Positions 53,001-63,278 of a DNA stretch of 64,000 nucleotides are shown here, piece by piece (within the stretch, counting starts at the first letter, position 1; the number at the start of each line of letters is the position of its first letter). Made by a program: the position numbers and the translations under genes. The stretch comes from Mytilus trossulus (taxonomy: Eukaryota). Location of the stretch: assembly GCF_036588685.1 (NCBI RefSeq), contig NC_086376.1:9982001-10046000 (forward strand), written 5' to 3'. The notes below the pieces were generated by a model. The model did no database searches. It had not been told where the DNA came from and saw nothing but the letters and a program-made list of their open reading frames with translations.

Positions 53001-55153
53001 AAACTTAGTACACATGTTCCCTATTGTATAATCTTTCTAATTTTAATGCCAAATTAGATTTGTTACCTAATTTTATGGTCCATTGAACATGGAAAATGAT
53101 AGTGCGAGTGAGGCATCCGTGTACTTTGGACACATTCTTGTTTTCTATCAAGTGTCCTGATGATAAACAATCCTGAATTCCTGGACTTCAAAACATATAA
53201 ATCCTGTGTCTTGATTAAAATAAATCCTGATGATAATATAGCTCTTTCCATAAATCCTGAACTTAAAAATGATCAATCCCAGAATTCCTATAAAGGTCCA
53301 ACCCCCTCCCCTTTTTTAGATGGACATCCATCAGAATTTTATTGTGTGATATTTATATTTTCAGGGGATGGAGGAACTTTTGAGCCACCAGTTCATTGGG
53401 ATGATCAGGGATCAGAAAATGTGAAGCTAGTTACATTACTGCCAACATCCCCAGAATATACTAAATTAGAACAACAGTTTATTCAGTCTGTATTTAGTGG
53501 GAGATCAGAATGGGCAAACCAGTTCAATAAACAGTCACTTAAAGTTACAAAGGTATATATACTATATGTGAATTATCAGTTATCTACTAAGTCTTTTACT
53601 TACAATTTGCCTTGAAATCTCACTTGACGTCACTCCTAGATTAAACAAGAAACTTAAATTTCTTTATTTGATTATGCTTCGATCTCCTATACAAGGATTT
53701 GTATGCCACAGAATGCAATAAAATCACATTAAAAGAAAATTTGTAGGTAAAAGATGTTACTTTGATTCTGGATTTTTTATTGAAGAAATAACATGTCATT
53801 TCACTCAAAATATTGGATTCTGATATGATATCCACAGGCAGGTACACAGAGGATTTTAGAATTGTTGTCCTCCAATTACAACCGTTGAAACAAAATGATT
53901 CAGATTGCATTTTAATATGTTTATATTTAGCAAAATGTTTCTAGTAGAATCTCTCAAATAGATGATAAAATAATCACATATAAAAGTAAATAAATCAAAA
54001 ATTGTATTGACAGTCGTGACAGGTAAAATTACATTTAAAGAAATTCATTTGCATGGAGGCCTTTTTTTTTTTTTACTTTAACATTATATCATTTGAAACC
54101 TACAGATTGAGAGAATTCAGAATTTAAGTTTGTACCACATGTATGCAGCTAAGAAGGCTTTGATAGAAAAACAAAATCCACAAGGACATAAAAATGAGCA
54201 AGAATTATGGCATGGTACACCAGATAAAGCTATACTTAGTATTAATATGTATGGATTTAACAGGAGTTATTGCTCAGACAATAGCAGTAAGTAGAACAAA
54301 TTGTCAGTTATTTGTGACACAGAATATCCATAATTATGTCTTTTTTGTCCATTTGTTCATTCATCTGTCCTTCCTTTCATGCATTCCTCCTTCCATCTAT
54401 TCATCTGTCTGTCCCACTTCTGGTTAAAGTTTTTGGTCAAGGTATTTTTGATACAGTTGAAGTCCAACCAACTTGAAACATAGTACACAATTTCCTTATG
54501 ATGTGATCTTTCTAATTTTAATGCCTAATTAGAGTTTAGACCTCAATTTCATGGTCCACTGAACATAGAAAATTTGAATGTGAGTGGAGCATCCTTGTAC
54601 TATCGACACATTCTTGTTATTACATTAGTTGCAAATATATACAGTGCATGCAGATGCAAAACTTTGACATATTCAGTGTGAGAACATCATTTATATAGTG
54701 GAAAACAAAATATTCCTTATACAGCATAGATAAAATATTAGTTTCTGATAGTCAGTTGCAGTTTAACAAGTTTTAGATGCAAACAATATTTCATAAAATA
54801 AAAACTACCACCAAATTTCTTATACATTTCCCTTAACAAAATCATTTTTTTTTTTTACAGAGGATGCATATTGGGGTGATGGAGTATATTTCTCAGCAGA
54901 TGCCTCATATTCAGCTAGAAACTGGCTGGCTACAGGTACTGGCACTGGTGACCATAATATTTACCTGTGCAACGTGTTGACAGGTGTGCCTATTAAGGGA
55001 CAAAAAGGAATGCGTGTACTACCTACAAGACAAGATGGAACAATGTTAAACTATGACTCTGCAACAGATGCGAAATATAACCCAGTTGTAGAATATGTCA
55101 TATTTAATGACACACAAGCCTATCCACAGTACTGCATTAAATTTAAATATTAG
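10203..55153 (+). CDS. PARP14: PARP14-like macro-domain ADP-ribosyltransferase (IDR - RRM-like - KH-like - 3x macro - KH - WWE - PARP), 24 coding exons, about 2225 aa
   Basis: Hand-spliced join(10203-11083,13488-14164,14995-15035,16481-16649,18903-19124,19555-21165,21603-21697,22043-22264,22594-22797,24062-24116,33004-33095,33505-33756,35441-35662,36217-36355,36654-36761,37341-37409,37789-37968,45323-45496,46062-46240,47079-47285,52320-52536,53365-53552,54106-54286,54861-55153) = 6678 nt. All introns are GT-AG, phases match and there is no internal stop. Motifs: FPALGTG/IPAMGTG x3 (macro), VQWYF..EYP (WWE), IERIQN, LWHGT, GFNRSY, GVYFS, YDS, FNDTQAYP (PARP). The symbol means family-level likeness, not proven orthology. 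Confidence 0.9.
11493..11536 (+). ncRNA. Type I hammerhead ribozyme, GAAA box mutated
   Basis: CTGATGA-GTCT-tatgt-AGAC-GAGAA-gcgc-GTC-TGGCGT. Confidence 0.6.
11846..11890 (+). ncRNA. Type I hammerhead ribozyme, core intact
   Basis: GCGTCA-CTGATGA-GTCT ttatgt AGAC-GAAA-tgcac-GTC^TGGCGT; stems I and II pair, stem III is minimal. Confidence 0.8.
13488..14164 (+). CDS. coding exon 2 (P/G/Q/H/Y-rich low-complexity region)
   Basis: tttacag acceptor in phase with the previous exon (TG|G = W); donor GAAG|gtacaa. Confidence 0.82.
14995..15035 (+). CDS. coding exon 3 (GPKVEPKRPGSSKK)
   Basis: taag acceptor, AAG|gtaag donor; supplies the phase 1 to 0 change needed by the flanking exons. Confidence 0.75.
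16481..16649 (+). CDS. coding exon 4 (RRM-like)
   Basis: LCVSGIDKQQTNETFFNYME...HAVVVFED resembles PARP14/10-type RRMs; canonical splice sites. Confidence 0.8.
16712..17090 (-). repeat. Degenerate retrozyme-family copy
   Basis: TTGAAGAGCATTGAG, GGTAATCTATTCCTGGG and a CTCATCAG remnant match the same family. Confidence 0.55.
18903..19124 (+). CDS. coding exon 5 (RRM-like)
   Basis: tttag acceptor, TCAG|gtata donor, phase 1-1. Confidence 0.8.
19555..21165 (+). CDS. coding exon 6 (large exon, KH-like repeats)
   Basis: Lies inside the 601-aa ORF; GAITFTGVEEDISKAKVMI and SVKISGTPKVI are KH-like; PARP14 genes have a comparable large exon. Confidence 0.88.
21603..22797 (+). CDS. coding exons 7-9 (21603-21697, 22043-22264, 22594-22797): macro domain A
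   Basis: KEDLGKQK|ADVIICSTNGQLDLSGPAGKSMVNAAG...|...KSIVFPALGTGNLRYP. Confidence 0.88.
22881..23772. repeat. 30-bp minisatellite, about 30 copies
   Basis: (TGATTACCATTACATTCTAAGTATATTCTA)n, nearly perfect. Confidence 0.97.
24062..24116 (+). CDS. coding exon 10 (AFEQEELRQVNPGFQPQR)
   Basis: tttttag acceptor, G|gtaag donor, phase 0-1. Confidence 0.8.
25713..27700 (-). pseudogene. DIRS tyrosine recombinase, interrupted
   Basis: LTLK-like VTLKTVFLVAITTFRRCSDLQSL; resumes after the 26024-27024 insertion with KVNAHSTRAIAPSW...ADWAVESTFTKFYLRD*; frameshift near 25955. Confidence 0.88.
26024..27024. mobile_element. Non-autonomous TIR transposon nested in the DIRS YR gene
   Basis: Perfect 13-bp TIR CAGACCTGCCAAC and 6-bp TSD TTATCC. 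Confidence 0.88.
27533..30870 (-). pseudogene. DIRS RT / RNase H / N6-adenine methyltransferase-like ORF, disrupted
   Basis: DQWVLSIIEEGYKLEF; GFYSTLFLVPKK..RPVTNLK; IDLSNAYFH; CFGPTCAPRIF; VYLDDWL; TTDAS; EWSL..IDLFPS..DAL..W..YAYVFP. Contains frameshifts, a stop near 28910 and an insertion at 29387-30674. Confidence 0.9.
29387..30674. mobile_element. Non-autonomous TIR transposon nested in the DIRS RT gene
   Basis: CAGGGGCGTAGCT...AGCTATGCCCCTG termini; RT reading resumes on both sides (KNADIF / LAEINSLL); TSD not clearly resolved. Confidence 0.85.
30885..32454 (-). pseudogene. DIRS ORF1 (gag-like), split by a frameshift near 31860
   Basis: Overlapping ORFs 32454-31846 and 31868-30885 lie directly behind the 5' ITR and ahead of RT. 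Confidence 0.7.
33004..35662 (+). CDS. coding exons 11-13 (33004-33095, 33505-33756, 35441-35662): macro domain B
   Basis: VKVVKGDLGTQK|VDVLICAVPKDLNLESAGGAGKSL...|...KSIGIPAMGTGTIGYP. Confidence 0.88.
36217..36355 (+). CDS. coding exon 14 (linker AFYDEEKKR...)
   Basis: taccag acceptor, G|gtaag donor, phase 0-1. Confidence 0.8.
36654..45496 (+). CDS. coding exons 15-18 (36654-36761, 37341-37409, 37789-37968, 45323-45496): macro domain C
   Basis: LTVEKGDILSKKCGAIVNGTNHEFDLTK|GAVSQAL...|GCGLPCDHIIH...MAFPALGT|G...LQHVYLVIFQDKM resembles PARP14 macro3. Confidence 0.88.
37988..39810. repeat. HINE/Helentron-like element carrying about 9.5 copies of a 169-bp tandem repeat
   Basis: (CCGT/CTGT)n microsatellite at 38031-38065, 169-bp units at about 38079-39700, 3' hairpin GTGAGTGTGCTCAC; a shorter copy lies at about 46425-46650. 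Confidence 0.85.
41406..41567. mobile_element. Short TIR MITE
   Basis: CCCGTAGCCAGG...CCTGGCTACAGG termini with CGAACCCCCC subterminal repeats. Confidence 0.7.
42257..43870. mobile_element. Sola-like non-autonomous DNA transposon
   Basis: Perfect TIR GAGACAATATCTGAAAAAGTCGATTTT and 4-bp TSD AAAT; superfamily inferred from GAG termini and TSD length. Confidence 0.85.
44230..44460 (+). repeat. Dispersed SINE-like repeat (other copies at about 36084 and 36822)
   Basis: Shared AATAAAATTGAGAATGGAAATGGGGAATGTG..AAAGAGACAACAACC..CAGCTGGCCCCTAAACAAATAT. Confidence 0.65.
46062..47285 (+). CDS. coding exons 19-20 (46062-46240, 47079-47285): KH-like region and start of WWE
   Basis: TFAIYGISQRDINNAK...; NVTLYGILDDVMNAKQEV...EQVQWYFK. 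Confidence 0.85.
47819..48704. mobile_element. TIR element with 6-bp TSD
   Basis: CAGACATGTGA...TCACATGTATG; TSD TAAATA on both sides. Confidence 0.75.
49202..50143. repeat. HINE-like element with about 4 copies of a 192-bp tandem repeat
   Basis: ATTCACTCTGTGGTTAAAG recurs at about 49268, 49460, 49653 and 49844; 3' hairpin GGGTTC-tgcg-GAACCC. Confidence 0.75.
50424..51481 (+). mobile_element. Non-autonomous Helitron
   Basis: A|TCTATACTATTAAACGAG...GC-rich degenerate hairpin...GTGTTCTAG|T (TC...CTAG inserted between A and T). Confidence 0.65.
52320..52536 (+). CDS. coding exon 21 (WWE domain)
   Basis: EYPDEINMYLETGY...EYVIVLKDMMEY...VEVLRR. Confidence 0.85.
52671..53140. repeat. HINE-like dispersed repeat (other copies at about 15835-16170 and 54330-54618)
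   Basis: Shared TCAGGTTAAAGTTTTTGGTCAAGGTAG...CATCCGTGTACTT..GACACATTCTTG. Confidence 0.7.
53365..55153 (+). CDS. coding exons 22-24 (53365-53552, 54106-54286, 54861-55153): PARP catalytic domain
   Basis: PVHWDD...SPEY; IERIQN...ELWHGT...GFNRSYC; YWGDGVYFSADASYS...VLTG...YDSATD...VEYVIFNDTQAYPQYCIKFKY*. Confidence 0.93.
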
Positions 55154-58129
55154 TTAATATTATATTGTTGACATAATTACAGACATAATGCTAATAACAA
55201 TCAATGTACATGTATGTGTAATTTTTTTTCCGTATTTGCCTACATTATTTATCAATTGTTGATTTAAGAATGATTATAATTTGTAAGTACAATATTAATA
55301 ATTTTACATTGATATATCTTTCAAAGTATTCCTTTTTAATACCCCTGCTTTCTGGTGGTTGTGAAGAGGAGTTCTTTCAGCTGTTAGTTCATCTCAGTTC
55401 ATTATTCCTCAATACCAATTTGGTATCTGCACTTGTCTTGACAGAATTTTGTAATATGTTCTCCAATTCTGTTTTCCTTTCTTCATCCCAATGATTGTTG
55501 GGTTTCCTTTATCATAAGACAACATGACTTATGCTTTGATATATCTGCACACTTCAGTACACATTTGTTTTCACTTGTTTCCTCCTTTATACTAGATTAG
55601 AGTTTGATGAATCATGATCAGAATCTTCATTAAATAGTGTTATTGTGCACATAATTTGTTTTGATACAATTTTTTTGTGGCTGCCTTAATAGTAAGTGAT
55701 TTTTTTTTTATCTGGAAGACACCTATTTTATATACAAATGTATATCCACAGTTTCCCCATAACAACTTTAAAGAATTTAACGAAATTTTCTCAGAATCTT
55801 ACCAATATATTATGTCTTTCTGCTCCTTTTATTTTATTTTTTGGAACATGGTCCTTGTCTTTATAGTTTTTGAGGAGATCACACACATAATTGAAATTTA
55901 CTTTTTAGAAAATTAATTCAATACATTCAGGATGTCAATCTTCAAAAATCATCGAAGTTTTTAAATTAGTAATATAAAAGTGATCAAAACAAACAGTTCA
56001 AAAACCTAAAAAACATAAAATAATGTTTGACCCTAACCAAAGATACTTTGTCTTTCTATTATTTTTATTTGTATTCTTAAAGTCAACCTTACAGTGTATA
56101 TACATATAATTCATAGTCCGCCCCTATCTTACAATCTATAGATTAACAGCCTTGATGACACAAATGATGAAGGTGAACTCTATGATTTTATTAAAGATTT
56201 ATAATCATATAAATCTTTGTGTTGTTTGAGTATTTGCTTAGTAGAAAAAGTATTTCTGATTTTCATAAAAAAAAAAAATCCTTTAAAATATAGTTATAAA
56301 ATTGATAATTTAAATGATTTTATATATCTGTGATAACTTCTGTAAATATATGTATGTAATTGTTTGATAGAGAGAGGGAGCATATTATTTCATTTTATAT
56401 TAACTTGCAAAAACTGGTTAAAAGGTATTTTTGTACCACACAAACTTCTGCCTTCAAGTGTTGTATAAGCCATTGTTATTAATTTCTGACGGAACTATTT
56501 CTGTGCTGAAACCAATGTTTTATGTAACCATTCCTAAAAAAAATCCTTAAAAAATTAACTCATATATGTACTTATTTTGGAGATTGATAAAAAGTTAATA
56601 AAAAGGTCCAATAAAGCCAAAAATGAATTGGATTGGCACCCCTACAATATATAGTAGGAGGGATGATATTTTGGGGTTTGTGTCTTTGTCCCTTTCTGAT
56701 TAAATTTTGTAAAAACAAGGGTTATTTAAGGTGTTTAATTTATGTTCACCACTTTGACTCATCTTCTTATATTTTTAGTTTGATAAAACTAAGCACTCTT
56801 ACTTCACAAATCCTTAATTCAAATAATCAATCATACATGTGCAACTGTTGCATGAATACAGATTCACATGAGTTAAATGATTGTTTTGCAAGCCATTAAT
56901 ACATCAGCAATGTTGTTTAGCTTATTTTTACCAAATTGAACCAAACTGACTTTTAATAGCAAAATATTATTTTAATAGTACAGTTTTATAAATGTTTGAA
57001 ATTGAAAAGTAGTGGGTTTTTTTCCATTTTTGTCTAATTTGTAGTTTAAGTTGTTGAAACTATAATTCTCATCTACTGGAAACTTTTTAAACATGTTCAT
57101 CTTGTTGATTATATGTTGTCTCACCAAATTTTAACCAAAGTTGCAAAGTTGCAAAGGTGAGGTAGCAGAGGTCTTATTCCCCTAATTACATGTTCCCCAG
57201 AGAATGTTTGCCTTGGTTTTTTTCACCCTATTTATGCAGGAATGGATATATCTATATTAAGATATTTAGGTTTAATAAATCTATCCTAAAATTAATTTAA
57301 AATCTCATAGTTCCTGAAAAAAAAAAGATGGAAAAAGTTCTGAACAAGGACCATTTTAATCTGGAATGATTTTGATTTCTGGAAAATTGATTAGAAATGT
57401 ATGATAAAAACCTAACCTAATTGGGGAGGGTGAGCCATACATGCATGGATATGGGGGTTTGTAAGTTCATTTTGAAATACTAATAAAGTCACATTAAAGT
57501 TAATAGCCAGTCATGCATGGCTAACCTGTTTGGTTGGGTTTCAGAATTCAAAATTATTCAAGATTGAAATAATTCTTTCTTTAAAATGAATGGCTTGTTA
57601 TGGAAAATTAGATGCCATCATTGTTACATTTGTTTTAATTATAATTCCTGTTGATTGAAATAAAGAATTCTGATTAGTTATATGTATGATGTCTTTTATC
57701 TCACTGATTGTTGCATTAATAGTTTTTTATTGTTTGATAATGAAAATGATTTTTGTATTAAAAAACTACCGCCAGTAATCAGCTTGTAATCAGTAAAAAA
57801 ATGAATGTACTTATATCATGAATGTTTTAGTGCTGTTTTGTTTTTATTCAAGCTGGATCTTGTTTATCTTTATCATTATTTTGAAATTGTTAAAATGTAT
57901 CAATTAAGAAGGATAAATACACATAACTTCAATGGTCTTCAGTTGTTTTATATTTAATAGAATGTGTTCCTGTATACTTCAGTGTGAATAAAGGACATTC
58001 AAAAATATCTGGTAGCAGCAAAACATAATACATATTCGACAATACAACATAAATATTCAGTTAAATTTTCAACTTACTTTAACATACTTTATTCAGATGG
58101 TGTCCATTATACAGAAAGACCACAAAAAT

Positions 58130-60090
58130 TATAACATAAAAAATTAAGAGCAAGAATATGCAATGATTAAAATGACCAAGAAGGGTAAGCAGATCCTACT
58201 CCATTTGTGGTATTTGTCATATTACTTACGTTCATACAAACCTGGTAATAAGTCTGAACATGGTAGGTAACATTTTAGCAGATGGATAGGATTGTTGTTA
58301 CAACAAATGGAACATATCTGTCTTCATATGTGAAACTGGTATTTCATAGCTTTTAATCCAATAGTAATTTCTCAAAGGAATTTTTTCAACTCAAGTTCTC
58401 AACTTGGAACTCTAACCCCAATAATTCAGATCCTCCCTCTGACCAACGCTTACACTCACATTAATGAAGCCATTGTAGAACAGCTAAATAGAACAATTGA
58501 ATTGTTAAGGTTAACGAGAAGTTAGATATCTTAGTTTTCTGTCTTTCTTGTAGGCTGCAACCCTCTATCAAGGAAATCATGATAAGAAATAAAAGCTCTG
58601 ACATATCCTATCAATTAGATATATATTTCAAAATTGAAGTTCAAATGCAGGCATTGCTATAATGTTGCTACACAAAAATGACAAGTTCACATTTGGGAAG
58701 CTGAAATCATTTTATTGTCAAAGTTTTGATCTCAACCGATCCCATGTCAATTTCTAAATGTAAAGCGAAATTATGAGACGGACTAAAGTGTCTGGTGTAT
58801 CCTTTATTTAAATTTGAGTGGATTATAGTCACTAAGTTTTGAATTATTAAGGAAGAGGACATTGTCTATAAAGCTGAATGTGATGTTTAAGGATAAAACT
58901 AGTTTCTTCATTCTTTCTAAAAACCTTTGTATGAAGTCTGTCTAATAAGAATTATGGAACAAGTCGTCAAAAGATTAGTGCAGTTGGTTCCAATATCACT
59001 GGAATGCCAAAAGTTTAAAAACAAAACACATCCTCCAAATGTAAACAAATATTGTCAAACAAAAAATTATCGTCCTGATAAAGCCAGTTTCAAAGAGTAT
59101 CTATTTGTATTCAATCACAGTAATTACTATTCAATCATCCCTAAAACAATAATATTTTAATCATATAAAGCAGGAAAAATTCCGTCAGTTGGTCTTTTAT
59201 TTTGTAGTAGTGAATACTTGTGTAAAGTCGAATGTTTGAATACTGTTATAAGGGTAAGATTGTTTGCACTATAACAGATTTTTGGAATGTCCAGTTTTGA
59301 TTGCTGATAAAATATACGTAGTATGTAAATACTTTATTTAAAAGAGGTTTCGTCGAGCAACTAAGAAAACCATACAATTGCAAAAGCTGTTTGTACAATT
59401 TATTTATAGATACATTGAAGGAAGATCCAGTTTTTCATCTTTGGTTGAAATACGTCAAAGGAATATAGAACAGACCAGTTTATGTTATGGGATTTACACG
59501 TACACATAGTTGATTTTTGTCATCGAGGTAGGAAAGCTGCATGTTTGGGAATGTTTGGGTCTTTAAAGATCGACGTAGAATAAGTGTGCATGGGCTTCAA
59601 GGTCTTAAAACATTCAAGTATATGCGTTTTCTTTTCAAGTACTAACATAAAAAAAATAAGAATCTACCGTCATCATACTTTATAAAAAAACACCTCTTTT
59701 TAAAAAACGACACATAGCTGGGTCATAAAGATTTTTAACAACACACCTTTCTAAAGTGCTGGCCATCAGTCTTTCTTCGGTCAAAGTTGACCTTCGAGCG
59801 TGATGATATATTCAACCAGTGAATCAGATGTGGATTGTCTTCTTTTTACGTTTAAAAAAAAAATGGAATCGTAGATTGGGTTATTTTAATTCCTATTTTC
59901 TGAAGAAACACACTGATTCTATCAGAAAATATACAGAAGATGATACCAAAGTGCAGTACTTTTGGATCGACAATATTAAAATTGAGTTTTAAGGATGGGT
60001 ATTTCAACAGACAGTCGGTATTCCAATGAGTACTTATTGTACACCCCACTGGCCGATTTGTTTTTTTAATCTTAAATGCAGAACTCATTC
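58130..60090 (-). mobile_element. Highly degenerate Penelope-like RT remnant
   Basis: Reverse-complement similarity to the 9.0-9.9 kb fragment (for example CCCTCTATCAAGGAAATCATGATAAGAAAT); boundaries approximate. Confidence 0.55.
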
Positions 60091-60927
60091 AGAACTTTCT
60101 AAATGACAAAAAGAAAAACCACCTTGTGAAATTCTTTAATTTTTCTTTTAGATATATAGCTAATGTCCTATCACTGAATAACCATAGCTACACGAGTGTA
60201 TTATGCAATAGCTAGTCAAAACGACAGCGTCCTCAATCTCTAGTCAAACATAATTATCAGGACAATAAATGGATCGGTTAAGTGGGTATCCCCGGCCTAT
60301 GCGTATTTCATAATTACTTTACCCTCGCGTTGTAGTTCTATTCAATAGCTATGTATTAGAGCAGACTCTATAATCCCTTACAATAAAGAACGGCCGCGAC
60401 AATGGGTCGGAAATGCTTATTTTATCAAATTTTACTTTTTTACGCGTTATGGACACACTTTCTGGTCTTAAAGAAAACATACCCCAGAAAATTCTGTACC
60501 TTCACGTTGTAGTTCTACCAAATCCTGAGCTATTCATTTGAGCAGATTCAATAATACCTATCCATACAGAAATACCGAGACAATGGGTTGATCAACTGGT
60601 GACCCCAAAGTGTATTTTATCGAATTTGGCTTTATTTCCATGTAAAGGACGAAATTTTCGGCCTTTAAAAATGCTTACCCCATAAAATTCTTTATCCTCA
60701 CCTTATTGAACTATCCAATATAAATCTATTCATTATGACAGTGTTTATAATCCCTGGTCATAAAAAACTACCGAGACAATGACTTGGTAAGTTGGTGTTC
60801 CCTATGCGTATTTTTCAAACTTGACTCTTTTTTCCGTGTTACGGACGAAATTTTCGGCCTTTCGGAATGCTTAACCCAGAAATGTATTAACCTTCCGTAG
60901 CACTACTATTCAATAGCTATTTGTAAT

Positions 60928-63278
60928 GAGGGGGACAAGGGGGTCCCAATAACAGCAAAACAGCAAATTGTTTTGGCTCATAACAGATAACAAGGAATTA
61001 ATTAGTTATCAAAAGTACCAGAATTATAATTTATTACGCCAGACGCGCGTTTCATCGACATAAGACTCAACATTGACGCTCATATCAAAATAGTTATTAA
61101 CCAAACAAATACAAAGTTGAAGAGCATTGAGGATCCAAAATTCCCAAAAGTGGTGGCAAATACGGCTAGGGTAATCTATTCCTGGGATAAGAAAATTCTT
61201 AGTTTTTCGAAAAATTCAAAGTTTTGTAAACAGGAAATTTATAAAACTGACCACATAACTGAAATTCGTGTCAACACCGAAGTGCTGACTACTGGGTTGG
61301 TTATACCCTCGGGGACGAAACGTCCACCAGCAGAGGCATCCGCGACCCAGTGATGTAAATAGTTATCAAAGGTACAAGGATTATAATTTAGTACGCCAGA
61401 CGTATGGACACAATGGACAAAAACAGATAACAGTAAATGTAATATTAAAATAATTCGGTCTTTGTCAAATCAGTATTTCTTATTACGGATATAATCCTTT
61501 GTAATGCATTCCATTTTCTATGACTATGTTTTTAGTATTAATTTATGTATCTAGAATGTGTTTAAGTTACTACTTAATATATTATAATATTCTTCATACG
61601 CTCGTTTACGGAACGTATTATGGTATAAAAAAGCAGATATGGTTTGATTGCCAATAAGACAACTATCCACAAAAGATCAAAATGACACAAACATTATAAA
61701 TATAGGTCACCGTACGGCCTTCAACAATGAGCAAAACCCATACCGCATAGTCAGCTATAAAAGGCCCCGATAAGACAATGTAAAATATTCCGTCTGTCGT
61801 CAACATGTCGGACATTTACTCAAAAACTCTTTTAACAATTTGCATTAAACTTTGGGAAATTGTTTGTATCTATTGACGTGAGCTCCCTTTTTTTTCTTTT
61901 TTTTTTTATAAATTTTGGATTTTTAGTTACTGGGTAATGGGTTTTTATTCAATAAAATTGGTGTTGGTTTTTTTTCAGTTTTCTGATAATATCTCAAAAA
62001 TGCTTTCACAAAGCAAGGAATTTTGGTGAATTGTTTATATCTATTAACATGAGGTCACTTTCAATTTTTATAAATTTTAGATTTTACGTTTCCGAGTTGA
62101 CAGGTTTTATTAATTAAAAAGGGGGGATTTTCCAGTTTTCAGACATTAACACACAAATGTGTTCAGCAGTTCTCATGAAACTTTGCTGAAATGTTTTTAT
62201 CTGTTGTTGTAAACTCCCTTTCGATTTTTATTCATTTTAGATTTTGCGTTATTGAGTTATGGGATTTTATTCATTAGAAAAAGGTTGTATTTTTTAGTTT
62301 TCAAAAATAACTCAAAAATGCTTTCAGCAGTTCTCATGAAACGTTAATGTATTGTTTATATATATATTGACTGAAGCTCCCTTTGTTGCTAATAAAAAAA
62401 TTGACCTAAAAGAGTTTAAATATTCTGACTTTTTTAAATGACCATTTAATGAGGTGTGTGAATTTTTCTTATTAAGACTTTGAGGCAAAGTGTTATAGGG
62501 TAGAAAAATCAAAAGCACCAATTATAAGCAAGCAATTTATCAAGTACTTCGAACAAATTTTGACACTCCAAAAGCAATTTGTTCCACTGTTTTCAAAGGC
62601 CTTATATTTGAACATTTGTTTATCTGCTGAGGTTTTTGATTGTACCAAGTGTACTAGTAAGTAGAATACATAGTTTAGTAGGGACACAATAGCTTTAAAT
62701 GAAATAAATCTTTGTTTGTAATAAGTTATGTGCAGCTTAGGACCCAAGTACATGGTTGAAACTTTCATTGAACAATGCATTTGATTATGCTTTGAAAAGA
62801 ATCACAGAGCTGAGTCCATGTACCATATTATATATTGTTAGAATTGTTTTAATTTGATATGTTCGTACGGGAAACAAGGAACATTATTCTCATACAAATC
62901 AATAAGATAATTCTATATACACATTCATAAAAAAAATGGAATTTATTACAAAGGATAATCATAAGATATACTTGAATTGTCCTGGACCTCATTTCAGTGA
63001 TGGGTATATGTTAATGGAATCCTTCTCTGAATACGGGACAAACATATTACTGTAGTGGTAGACCCCAATGTCCAATGATCTTCAATTTATACCGAATATT
63101 GACTGTAAAAAAAATGCTAACATTCCAATTTTCAATAACAGTTGACAGCAAATACATTATCACAATAAAAGATAACAAAAACTAAAAGCTCAATAACAGC
63201 TAATATTTTCAAAATGATAGATAACAAAGAATTAAATTTCCCCATAACATCATAACAGTTAAACCCCTTGCCCCCCTC
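60928..63278. mobile_element. TIR element with nested repeats, inserted in a diverged tandem array of about 160-170 bp units (about 60170-63600)
   Basis: GAGGGGGACAAGGGG...CCCCTTGCCCCCCTC; TSD TGTAAT; the array motif AATAGCTAT..TAGAGCAGA..CAATGGGTCGG continues on both sides. Confidence 0.7.
61003..61402 (-). mobile_element. Retrozyme copy in reverse orientation, hammerhead core mutated
   Basis: Reverse complement of the 11299-11923 family (spurious ORFs MKSIEDPKF at both loci); core reads ATGTTGA instead of CTGATGA. Confidence 0.8.

Noticed and set aside
55154-57700. 3' UTR end or poly(A) site
   Set aside because: Several AATAAA hexamers in very AT-rich sequence; cannot choose one without transcripts
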